From a virus, in the IMG/VR virus record IMGVR_UViG_3300027509_000012: 64,000 nucleotides of DNA; one strand, given 5' to 3'. The translations under genes and the position numbers were made by a program. Below, in pieces: positions 8,789 through 17,225 of this stretch (within the stretch, counting starts at the first letter, position 1; each line of letters starts with the position of its first letter). The notes under the pieces are model-generated. The model was given only the letters and a program-made list of their open reading frames with translations, made no database searches and was not told the DNA's origin.

Positions 8789-11515
8789 ATGTATAAAAAA
8801 ATATTTAGTGTGTTGATACTTTCAGCAATTTCTAGTGTTTGTTTCGCGCATGGAGCGGAAGAACATAATCTGGCTGAAATACCAGAGTATATAACTAGAG
8901 AAAAATCAGATGCCATCGTAGGTGGTGAATGGTCTGACGTTTATGATTGGCCTGTATTGGCTGTTCATGCAACTGTACTCCCAACAGGAAACGTTTTTGT
9001 ATGGGATGCAACACCAGATGATTTTGATACTGAATTTGATGGTTCACCAACAAACTTTCATGATTCACAGCGAAATCAAACTCGTGTGACTGTATGGAAT
9101 CCCAAAACGAATCAACACATGCAAACATATAATCCAGAAGGTACTGGTGATTTGTTCTGTGCTGGCAGTGTTCATTTAACTGATGGACGAATTATATTTG
9201 TTGGTGGTGATTCTGGTGTAAGTGGAAAAAACGGCCCAACATCAAATAGTAACATTTATGATCCTTATACTAATCAATGGTCAACAACAGATAACCTAAA
9301 TGCCGCTCGATGGTATGCATCATCTGTTTCACTACCCAATGGTGAAATTTTAACATTGGGTGGAACTTACACACCAACACCATACGGTGAAATTTTAGAA
9401 CACAATAAACAATATCGTGAATTCAACGGCGAATTGGATTCACCATTAGTTTTATCTGGTGATTATGCATGGCTATCAGTAGTGTCAGATGGTTCTGTAG
9501 CTTATGTAGGGCCACACAATAGAGTTGATAGTTTATACACTGATGATACCTTTGAAAAAGATAAGTGGATAAATGGTCCTAGACGCGATATTAATGAGCT
9601 TGAAGGTGAGCTTGCTTCATATCGTGGTTATGGTAGTTACGCAACATACGATACTGATAAAGTACTAATATCTGGTGGTGGATCATCTATTAAATCATCT
9701 GTAATTGTTGATACGAAGAATCGTAGTGTAACTGAAACATCACCAATGAATTTTGGTCGTCGCCAACACAACCTAACAATATTAGCTGATGGTTCTGTAC
9801 TTGCAACTGGTGGTAACTGGTCTGGTGAAGATTTATATGATCCTAATGCTGGTGTAGTAACTCCAGAAATTTGGAATCCAAATACTGGTGATTGGACAAT
9901 TATGAATGATATGAAAGTTGATCGCCAATATCATTCTGTTGCTTTGTTGTTGCCTGATGCCAGAGTGTTATTAGCTGGTAGTGGATATTGTGTTCCTTGT
10001 TTTACCTTCGATCATGAAGAACAAAATGCTGAGATATTCTCACCACCATATTTGTTTAAAGGTGAACGTCCTGTGATTTCTGGAGCACCAGAAAAAGCAA
10101 ACTTCAATACTTATTTTAATATGAATGTATCTACTGATATTACAGAAGTTAATTTTATTAAATTAAGTTCGGTTACACATTCGCAAAGCCAAGATCAACG
10201 ATTGGTTAAAGGTGAGATTATTAGTCAGGCTAATGGCGTTGCAACTATTGCTGCACCCAAGTCTAGATTCTTAGCACCCCCCGGCCACTACATGGTTTTC
10301 GCTGTTAAGAATGGTGTTCCATCTGAAGCTGCAATAGTTAATTTTGGTGGCCCATTGGTTGAGACTGGTGATGTAATGATTAACAATGCTAGACCTAATC
10401 ATTGGGAGTATTACGAAATTAAAGGTAATGATGAACATACACTTACTGTTAACTTTAATACTAACTTAAATGCTGCATCGATTCATGTAAAGAATGGCTC
10501 GTGGCCCACTGATCCAAATAATAGCGGTTTTAATTCTTGTGCGAGTATCACTGATGATCAACATCAGTGTGTTATATCAGCACAGAATGACACTAGTTGG
10601 TTTATCGGTGTTAATGGTAAAGCCAATACTGAATTTTCAATATCATTTGATGTTACTACTGGCACCAATGCACAAGTAGTTAATTTTATTGCTAAGCCAG
10701 AAAATCTAACTTTAGCTAAATTAGGCGACGGTCGATTTGAAGTTGTCTGGAACAGTGTAGATGGTGCTAAAGAATATGAAATATTCAGGGATGGTCGATT
10801 GGTAAATAAATCAGATGATACTTATTATGTTGCTGATAATTTGCAGGCAATGAGAACATATTCGTTTCAAGTTCTTGCGATAGCAACTGATGGTTCACGT
10901 TCAACTTTGACTGATGCACAGCAAATAAGAACGTCAGATCAACCTTATATAATTGATCCTACGTCAGTATTTAATCCAGTGATTCCATCTACACCTGTAG
11001 ATCTAAGAATGTATAAAACATCACCATCGGAAGGTACGTTGACTTGGGGCCGATCTTATGATGATAAAGGTGTTAGTGGTTATATCATTTATAGAAATGG
11101 TGTGGAAATTGGCAGACGTAATGATGCTGGTATAGGTTTTAATCAATTTGAACTTGAAGCTGGACAGACATATGAATATGCAGTAGCTGCATTTGATTTT
11201 GATGGTAACACATCACCAAAGTCTGTTGTGTTTAGAACAACTGGTTCTACATTTGTTACAGATAGCAATATGGCACCAGCCCGTAAAAATCCTGATTTCA
11301 ATCCTGTAGTTGATAATACTCCAGTAGTTGAAGTGCATATTGAAGTGCCTGTAGTGGAAACTCCAGTGGTTGAAGAACCGAATATAGAAGAAAACACCGC
11401 CACCAAATCTGGCAACGGTGCTCTATTCAGAGGATCAATCAATATGTTTATATTGATATCCCTACTTGGTAGTTTGCTGATCCGTTTAGGACAGCTTGCG
11501 AAGCTTCGCCAATAG
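8789..11515 (+). CDS. secreted AA5 galactose/glyoxal-oxidase-like copper radical oxidase with Kelch repeats, DUF1929-type Ig domain, PPC-like and two FN3 domains, C-terminal TM anchor
   Basis: Signal peptide MYKKIFSVLILSAISSVCFA; catalytic motifs LFCAG (Cys), RWYASS (Tyr), RQYHSVALLLPDARV (Tyr-His), VTHS..QDQR (His); PPGHYMVF; C-terminal SGNG + hydrophobic helix + basic end. ATG 8789 preferred over TTG 8756. Confidence 0.88.
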   Translation: MYKKIFSVLILSAISSVCFAHGAEEHNLAEIPEYITREKSDAIVGGEWSDVYDWPVLAVHATVLPTGNVFVWDATPDDFDTEFDGSPTNFHDSQRNQTRVTVWNPKTNQHMQTYNPEGTGDLFCAGSVHLTDGRIIFVGGDSGVSGKNGPTSNSNIYDPYTNQWSTTDNLNAARWYASSVSLPNGEILTLGGTYTPTPYGEILEHNKQYREFNGELDSPLVLSGDYAWLSVVSDGSVAYVGPHNRVDSLYTDDTFEKDKWINGPRRDINELEGELASYRGYGSYATYDTDKVLISGGGSSIKSSVIVDTKNRSVTETSPMNFGRRQHNLTILADGSVLATGGNWSGEDLYDPNAGVVTPEIWNPNTGDWTIMNDMKVDRQYHSVALLLPDARVLLAGSGYCVPCFTFDHEEQNAEIFSPPYLFKGERPVISGAPEKANFNTYFNMNVSTDITEVNFIKLSSVTHSQSQDQRLVKGEIISQANGVATIAAPKSRFLAPPGHYMVFAVKNGVPSEAAIVNFGGPLVETGDVMINNARPNHWEYYEIKGNDEHTLTVNFNTNLNAASIHVKNGSWPTDPNNSGFNSCASITDDQHQCVISAQNDTSWFIGVNGKANTEFSISFDVTTGTNAQVVNFIAKPENLTLAKLGDGRFEVVWNSVDGAKEYEIFRDGRLVNKSDDTYYVADNLQAMRTYSFQVLAIATDGSRSTLTDAQQIRTSDQPYIIDPTSVFNPVIPSTPVDLRMYKTSPSEGTLTWGRSYDDKGVSGYIIYRNGVEIGRRNDAGIGFNQFELEAGQTYEYAVAAFDFDGNTSPKSVVFRTTGSTFVTDSNMAPARKNPDFNPVVDNTPVVEVHIEVPVVETPVVEEPNIEENTATKSGNGALFRGSINMFILISLLGSLLIRLGQLAKLRQ

Positions 11516-13003
11516 TTTGGTGATTTGAGCGATAATAACAGCAGCCGATTCAGTATCGGTGGTTGGTTCATTTACTACTGGTTCATCTACAATATTAGAT
11601 TTTGAATATTCGACTTTATTAGAATCAATAAATCTCTTACTAGATGGAGTAGCAGTTACATAATAAGTACCTTCTTTATAAGAATCAGGTATTGTAAAAG
11701 TAGTTCCTTTAACAGATTTTTTATATTCATTTTTATCAAATTTAATGTCATACTTGTTTTCATCATGAGTTTGATTCCATGTTAAAACATTTCCATTAAT
11801 CTTCAATCCAAATTCAGAATCAGTATCTTCCATCACAAGTGGTTCAGCATCATTAGATGTAACTGGAGTAGCAGATGGAGTAGCAGCAACAGGCTTATCG
11901 CCAATAGCTTCAACACCTTCACCATTTCTCCAATTAGGAGCAATCCAATTACCGTCATGATCTTCATCTTGCCATACGCGAACATAATGAATAAGAGCTT
12001 CATCAGAATTAATTGTTTCTGCTGATTCGGTTCCTAAGTTATACGCATATAAACCCGGATCGTTCTGAATAAACGGAGGTTGGGCAGTAACACCACCACC
12101 AGAGTTTGCACCAGAATTACCTTCTCGTGTTAGATATAGAGCCATCGCGATTTCAACTTTACAAACTAGATCTTCGCAAATTAAAACACCGTCTACATAC
12201 CATCGAGTACCTTCAGTAGACCAATGAACAGCAATCGTATGATCGCCCTTAGTCATATCAATTCCAAATGGACCTAAATCAACTGGTGGAATTTTCTTTG
12301 CATTAGCACCAATGTTTTTACATAGTAAAAGATTTCTTGAACTTGGAGTATTTTCATATTCCCATACATCTAATTCAACACCATTACCATCGTCATCATC
12401 GTATGTACCACCTACAAGTGATTTATTCTCATCGCTTGGATTAACAGCAGGTAGTAACCAACCGGATATTCTAAACCCCTCAGTATGTACATTTTCAAAA
12501 TTAACTCCAAATTCTACGAAGCCATATCGAAAATAAAAGTTTGGTGAATGTTCAGAAGAAGGTCGAACGGCTCCATCTTCCCATGTCATCGCGTAAGTAT
12601 CAATCCACGATGTATAAATTTTCTTTCTAAAATCCGCAGTTTTCCCATTACGTGGATGTTCATATGGGTGATGTGAATCTTTGATCGTTGGATCATCTTC
12701 ATCAGATTTGTATCCACCCATAACCAAAGAACCATCGCGAATCTTTAGTGTTTTATCTAAGTGCTTGTCGTACCACATAGCATGACGTTTACCCAAAGGG
12801 TATGCGCCATCTTTTTTATTGCCATCAGTATCGAAACCAAAAGTATTGGTTACATGTTGAGACATTTGAGCACGATTGTCGTTATGATCAGGTAGGATTT
12901 TTTCAAATCGCCACTTGTCTTGGTTTAGTTCATTTTCATTAAATTCGCTATTCCAAATTAATTTGAAATTAGCTTTTGAATCTTTAAGATTTGGTTTAGC
13001 CAT
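11486..13003 (-). CDS. GH16 family glycoside hydrolase
   Basis: WNSEFNENELNQDKW N-terminal motif, FRYGFVEF, catalytic ELDVWE (ExDxxE), HTIAVHWS...RWYVDG, IHYVRVWQ. Confidence 0.8.
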   Translation of the reverse strand: MAKPNLKDSKANFKLIWNSEFNENELNQDKWRFEKILPDHNDNRAQMSQHVTNTFGFDTDGNKKDGAYPLGKRHAMWYDKHLDKTLKIRDGSLVMGGYKSDEDDPTIKDSHHPYEHPRNGKTADFRKKIYTSWIDTYAMTWEDGAVRPSSEHSPNFYFRYGFVEFGVNFENVHTEGFRISGWLLPAVNPSDENKSLVGGTYDDDDGNGVELDVWEYENTPSSRNLLLCKNIGANAKKIPPVDLGPFGIDMTKGDHTIAVHWSTEGTRWYVDGVLICEDLVCKVEIAMALYLTREGNSGANSGGGVTAQPPFIQNDPGLYAYNLGTESAETINSDEALIHYVRVWQDEDHDGNWIAPNWRNGEGVEAIGDKPVAATPSATPVTSNDAEPLVMEDTDSEFGLKINGNVLTWNQTHDENKYDIKFDKNEYKKSVKGTTFTIPDSYKEGTYYVTATPSSKRFIDSNKVEYSKSNIVDEPVVNEPTTDTESAAVIIAQITKLLAKLRKLS

Positions 13004-13115
13004 AATATTCTCCCTTGTACATTATTTATCTAAAAACAGGAGGTATTTCACAGATTAATTACTAGAAAAATAGTAGATATGATATAATATCGAATTATTT
13101 ACACAATAGAGTAGT

Positions 13116-14042
13116 ATGTTTTCAATGAAATCAATAACATTGACATTTTTGATGGCCCTGACATTATCTGGATGTAATTGGGTTGATTCTACAGGCGTAC
13201 AGGCTGGAGCCGTAGACGATTCAACTATTGACCAAACATCAATACCCACGTTTCCAGTAGCTCCAATTGGTGAGCAACGAGAGCTTATTCCTCGTGCTCG
13301 TTTTAATAATTGGATTGATGCTATGGCTGGCCCTGATTTACGTACTGGAATTTATAAAGGAACAACACGAACATTTAATTCTCGTGTAAATGAAGTATTG
13401 GGAATAGAAGCAAGTTTGAAAGTGGAATGTGCAATAAACGAACAATCCCCGAAAATTAATATTATTACTTACTATGATACTCCAGATGATTTGTTGCTCA
13501 TGTATGCAACAGAAAGTATGATAGCTAATAGTGAAGCTGACTTCACTACTTTTAGTGTAGAAGAATCAGGGGGAATATATTCTAATACAATCAGAGAATC
13601 TGATACATTATATATGCTCCCGCAAATGCTCACTAATCGTATTTTTAGAATTTTATTGATGGAAGATGGTGTGTCAATTCAATATGTATTCGATCTAGAT
13701 GGATTTTATGATTCATTTAAATACGCATGTGAATGGCACAACGCAACAAATAATTATGTTAACTTAGATGAGTCAATGATCGAAGAACCAGTTATAGAAG
13801 AACCTGTAGTTGAAGAACCTGTAGTTGAAGAACCTGTAGTTGAAGAACCTGTAGTTGAAGAACCTGTAGTTGAAGAACAAGAACCAGAACCAGTTTTTGT
13901 AGATAAAAATTGTGGTGATTTTGAAACACAATCAGAAGCACAGGAATTCTTTATAGCCGCTAAAGAGGAAACTGGCGAACGCGATGCCCATTTCTTAGAC
14001 AGTAATGGTGATGAAACGGTTTGTGAATATTTACCTGAATAG
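13116..14042 (+). CDS. lipoprotein with EEPVV linker and C-terminal Excalibur-like Ca-binding domain
   Basis: Lipobox LSGC; C-terminal NCGDFETQSEAQ...LDSNGDETVCE. Confidence 0.7.
   Translation: MFSMKSITLTFLMALTLSGCNWVDSTGVQAGAVDDSTIDQTSIPTFPVAPIGEQRELIPRARFNNWIDAMAGPDLRTGIYKGTTRTFNSRVNEVLGIEASLKVECAINEQSPKINIITYYDTPDDLLLMYATESMIANSEADFTTFSVEESGGIYSNTIRESDTLYMLPQMLTNRIFRILLMEDGVSIQYVFDLDGFYDSFKYACEWHNATNNYVNLDESMIEEPVIEEPVVEEPVVEEPVVEEPVVEEPVVEEQEPEPVFVDKNCGDFETQSEAQEFFIAAKEETGERDAHFLDSNGDETVCEYLPE
13782..13880 (+). repeat. 15-bp tandem repeat GAAGAACCTGTAGTT (EEPVV)
   Basis: 5 perfect copies at 13797-13871 plus degenerate flanking copies. Confidence 0.95.
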
Positions 14043-14048
14043 AATAAT

Positions 14049-14588
14049 ATGAATACTAACGATTTATTAGAAACTAATTTAATTTGTACAGTGCTTGAGG
14101 GTAGTCATGCATATGGAACAGTCATACCATCTTCAGATCTTGATATGCGCGGAATTTTTTGTGGAAATCCAATTAATGTTAGAACACCATTTTTTCCTGT
14201 TAGGGAAATAGAGGTTGTTGAAGATGAAGATACTAAGTATTTTGAACTTAATCACTTTATGCGCTTATTGCTGGATCAAAATCCAAATATTGTACAGATG
14301 TTATGGGTACGCAATCAGGACATTATAAAATCAACTGAAGCATATGAGCTATTAAGATCACGTAGGGACAATTTTTTATCATCCAAAATAGCTTTCACAA
14401 CAGCAGGATATGCAGATTCTCAATTAAAAAGAATTAAATCATCAAAAAAACATGTAAACTACACCGATCAATTACATTCATTATCAACCGTTTTAACAAA
14501 AGCTTTGAAAGTGGGTGATATTGATCATACATGGATAAAAAACAATTGTGGTGATCAAGTATTGGACTATATAAAAAATGAAAAATGA
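14049..14588 (+). CDS. Pol-beta-family nucleotidyltransferase (putative RNA repair), N-terminal piece
   Basis: GSHAYG...SDLDMRG catalytic motif, NPNIVQMLW, GYADSQLKRIK; stops early with a ~40 aa unrelated tail. Confidence 0.82.
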   Translation: MNTNDLLETNLICTVLEGSHAYGTVIPSSDLDMRGIFCGNPINVRTPFFPVREIEVVEDEDTKYFELNHFMRLLLDQNPNIVQMLWVRNQDIIKSTEAYELLRSRRDNFLSSKIAFTTAGYADSQLKRIKSSKKHVNYTDQLHSLSTVLTKALKVGDIDHTWIKNNCGDQVLDYIKNEK

Positions 14589-15600
14589 TGAGTTGTTATT
14601 TAGAATCAACAATGAATTAATTCGAAAAGATGGAAAATTAAATGCACCCCTTTTAAACTTAAACTCTAAATGTGGGGATTTAATTTCATCTATTATAAAA
14701 CATACGCATTATTTAAATAGTGATGCGACTATAAGCCAAAGAATATGGCATATCACAAAAAATGTTCACACTACACCAAAATGTTGGTGTGGGAAAAATT
14801 CGTTGTGGATAAATCCAAAATATTCAAAATATTGTTCTCAGGTTTGTGCAACTACTTCATTAGAAGCAAGACAGAGAACTAAAAAACAATTTACAGGGGT
14901 TAAATTGTCAAAAGAACGCATAGATAAAATTATAAAAAGAAATACTGGTTCTAAACGTTCTATCGAATGTAGGAAAAAACTTAGTGATGGTAAATTAGGC
15001 AAAAAAAATCCACAATACGGTAAAAAATCATGGAACGCTGGGCTGTATGGAACTGATAATCCAATGTTTGGAGTTAAAAGACCCGGCACCGGATTGAAGG
15101 GTAAAGACAATCCATCATATGGAAAATCACCTCCCCTCGGCACAGGCTTTGGAATAAATGGAAAATTCAACGAAATACATTTTAGAAGTAGTTTAGAATT
15201 GTTGTATCTCATGTATTGGTATTCAACAAATATTATAGTAATTTCCGCAGAATCGTCAGATTTTAGAGTTAAATATTCCGATGATAAAAATGATATTAGA
15301 GCATATACGCCAGATTTCTATATACCATCGTTGAATACAGTTTATGAAATAAAACCTGAAAAATTACAAAAAAATAAAATAGTTCAGTTAAAATTTAATG
15401 CATTAATTGAACATCATAGTAATTTAATATGTAAATTAATTGGATATTCTGAAATAAGTGATTTTATTTTTTCAATTGATTTAAATTCCACTATTAATAA
15501 TTATATTGATAGTGGAGTTCTTAAAATTAACAAAAAACAATTTGAGAGGTTGCAAAAAAATTATGGAGATATCATTAGAGAATCTGCTAAACAAGTATGA
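14578..15600 (+). mobile_element. free-standing homing endonuclease (Cys-rich N-domain, NUMOD3-like repeats, PD-(D/E)xK/TnsA-like nuclease)
   Basis: PKCWCG...YCSQVCA; HxxxxK-like / GKKNPQYGK / NPMFG repeats; FRSSLE...YTPDFY...YEIKP; overlaps both halves of the nucleotidyltransferase. Confidence 0.8.
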
Positions 15601-16273
15601 TGCTCCAGATAATCATATTAATGATTGTTTGAAATTATGTATTCCGAGGCAAGAGTGTTATATTCATTTAATTCAGTGGTTCGCGGATAATAAAGTTATG
15701 CCGAATACATTTGATATAATGACATACAGCAATAATCATAGATTTATAAGTTATGGAAATGATTTGTATGGAATGTACGACTGGAATAAATTTAAATTAT
15801 TTAATCCAGATGGTTCGATTAAAGATAATTTTGATGGCTCAAGAGAATCACTGGGACAACCAAAGGCGATTGTTAAATTAAATAGATCTAAATGGACAGA
15901 TGATAAAAATTTCTATGACAAATATTGGTTATGGAAAAAAAATAGAAATGAAAAACGAGCTAAGTTAGAAGCTGAATTTTTTTATGATACAAAAAATGCT
16001 ATGCATCTCGTCAGACTTCTCAGAATGGGCTACGAAACACTTACTACAGGACAAGTAAACGTGTTCAGAGATGATGCTTCAGAGCTGTTAGAGATTCGCA
16101 ATGGCTCTCTCACATACGACGAAATATTAGCATATGCAGATACTATGGACATTAAAATAAAAGAAGCGTATGATAATACCGAACTGTCCCGCAAACCTAA
16201 TGTTAAATTAGCGGCACAGACTATAATGGAAGTACAAGATTTAATTTGGAATTCAAATGACAATAACAAATAA
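15563..16273 (+). CDS. nucleotidyltransferase, C-terminal piece
   Basis: YWLWKKNRNEKRAKLE..FFYDTKNAMHLVRLL.MG...L is the typical C-half of this family; GAGAGG RBS then ATG 15563 inside the endonuclease 3' end. Confidence 0.8.
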   Translation: MEISLENLLNKYDAPDNHINDCLKLCIPRQECYIHLIQWFADNKVMPNTFDIMTYSNNHRFISYGNDLYGMYDWNKFKLFNPDGSIKDNFDGSRESLGQPKAIVKLNRSKWTDDKNFYDKYWLWKKNRNEKRAKLEAEFFYDTKNAMHLVRLLRMGYETLTTGQVNVFRDDASELLEIRNGSLTYDEILAYADTMDIKIKEAYDNTELSRKPNVKLAAQTIMEVQDLIWNSNDNNK

Positions 16274-16766
16274 AATTAATCATAAAATTGACATTCGTGA
16301 AAAACAGTATGATGATTACACACAAGAAATCTTTGAATTGATTTCGCCTATAATAATAGGCGTCAATGAATTTTTATTTCATACTTCTATATTAAGTGAT
16401 GGTGACGAACTAATATTAAATACTATTGATCCTGTCGAAGATGTGTATATCATCACAGGATTTATAACTGCACCAGTCGGTACTGACATTCAATTGCAAG
16501 ATGGTTCAATAGTAGAAATCAATGATATACAAGATCAATTTGAATATAGAAAGAAATTTCGAATTCAAGTACCATCTGATTTAATAGATGCTAATGATAG
16601 TGATGAAGTGTTTGAATATTTGGTAAATCATGCAGAGCCAAAAGCTAGAAAAAGAAAACATCTTAATTCGCTTAGAAAAGATGTTGCCGCTTCTATATCT
16701 AATGATATGGATGAAGAAGATATGAATGACATATTAGAAAATATGGATACAGGGGTAGCTCATTAA
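16257..16766 (+). CDS. hypothetical protein
   Basis: ORF in operon, phage-like codon use. Confidence 0.6.
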   Translation: MTITNKINHKIDIREKQYDDYTQEIFELISPIIIGVNEFLFHTSILSDGDELILNTIDPVEDVYIITGFITAPVGTDIQLQDGSIVEINDIQDQFEYRKKFRIQVPSDLIDANDSDEVFEYLVNHAEPKARKRKHLNSLRKDVAASISNDMDEEDMNDILENMDTGVAH

Positions 16767-17225
16767 ATGGCAGGAGATATTAATTTAGGACGGAAGTTTG
16801 AAAAGCTCCCAGATGTATTGGAATACTATGAAAACGAGTATGCTAATTTTGAATCTGATTTAAAAATGAAAGGTAAGACTATCGAGCGCATCAGCACCGA
16901 TATTCCAGCCTACTATGCTTTTTATTCTGAACGTCACAATGAATTAAAGAAAATCCTATCCTATATGGAAGCCAGAGTCGCCCAAGTTAGAGGAAAATTA
17001 TATAGTGGAATTAAGAAAAGCTCACAGGTTGCCCTCGGAGAAAGAGAGATAAATAAATACATCGATGCAGATGATATTTACCTAGAAGTGCATGGATATA
17101 TGCTAGAAGTAAGAGAGGTACACGACATGTATGCATCAGCAGTCGAAAGCTGGAGAGTCGCAGGATTTTCCATGAACAATATTGTTAAAGCGAGGGTAGC
17201 GGATGTTTCTGACATTACATTATAA
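16767..17225 (+). CDS. uvsY: UvsY-like recombination mediator
   Basis: All-helical ~150 aa, EREINKYIDADD; directly upstream of UvsW. Confidence 0.7.
   Translation: MAGDINLGRKFEKLPDVLEYYENEYANFESDLKMKGKTIERISTDIPAYYAFYSERHNELKKILSYMEARVAQVRGKLYSGIKKSSQVALGEREINKYIDADDIYLEVHGYMLEVREVHDMYASAVESWRVAGFSMNNIVKARVADVSDITL

Noticed and set aside
13782-13880. Possible CRISPR-like repeat
   Set aside because: Contiguous 15-bp coding tandem repeat with no spacers.
14400-15650. Group I intron or intein explanation for the split nucleotidyltransferase
   Set aside because: ORFs overlap with no non-coding room, I saw no canonical P7/S pairing by eye, and there are no intein termini. Not formally excluded without Infernal or RT-PCR.
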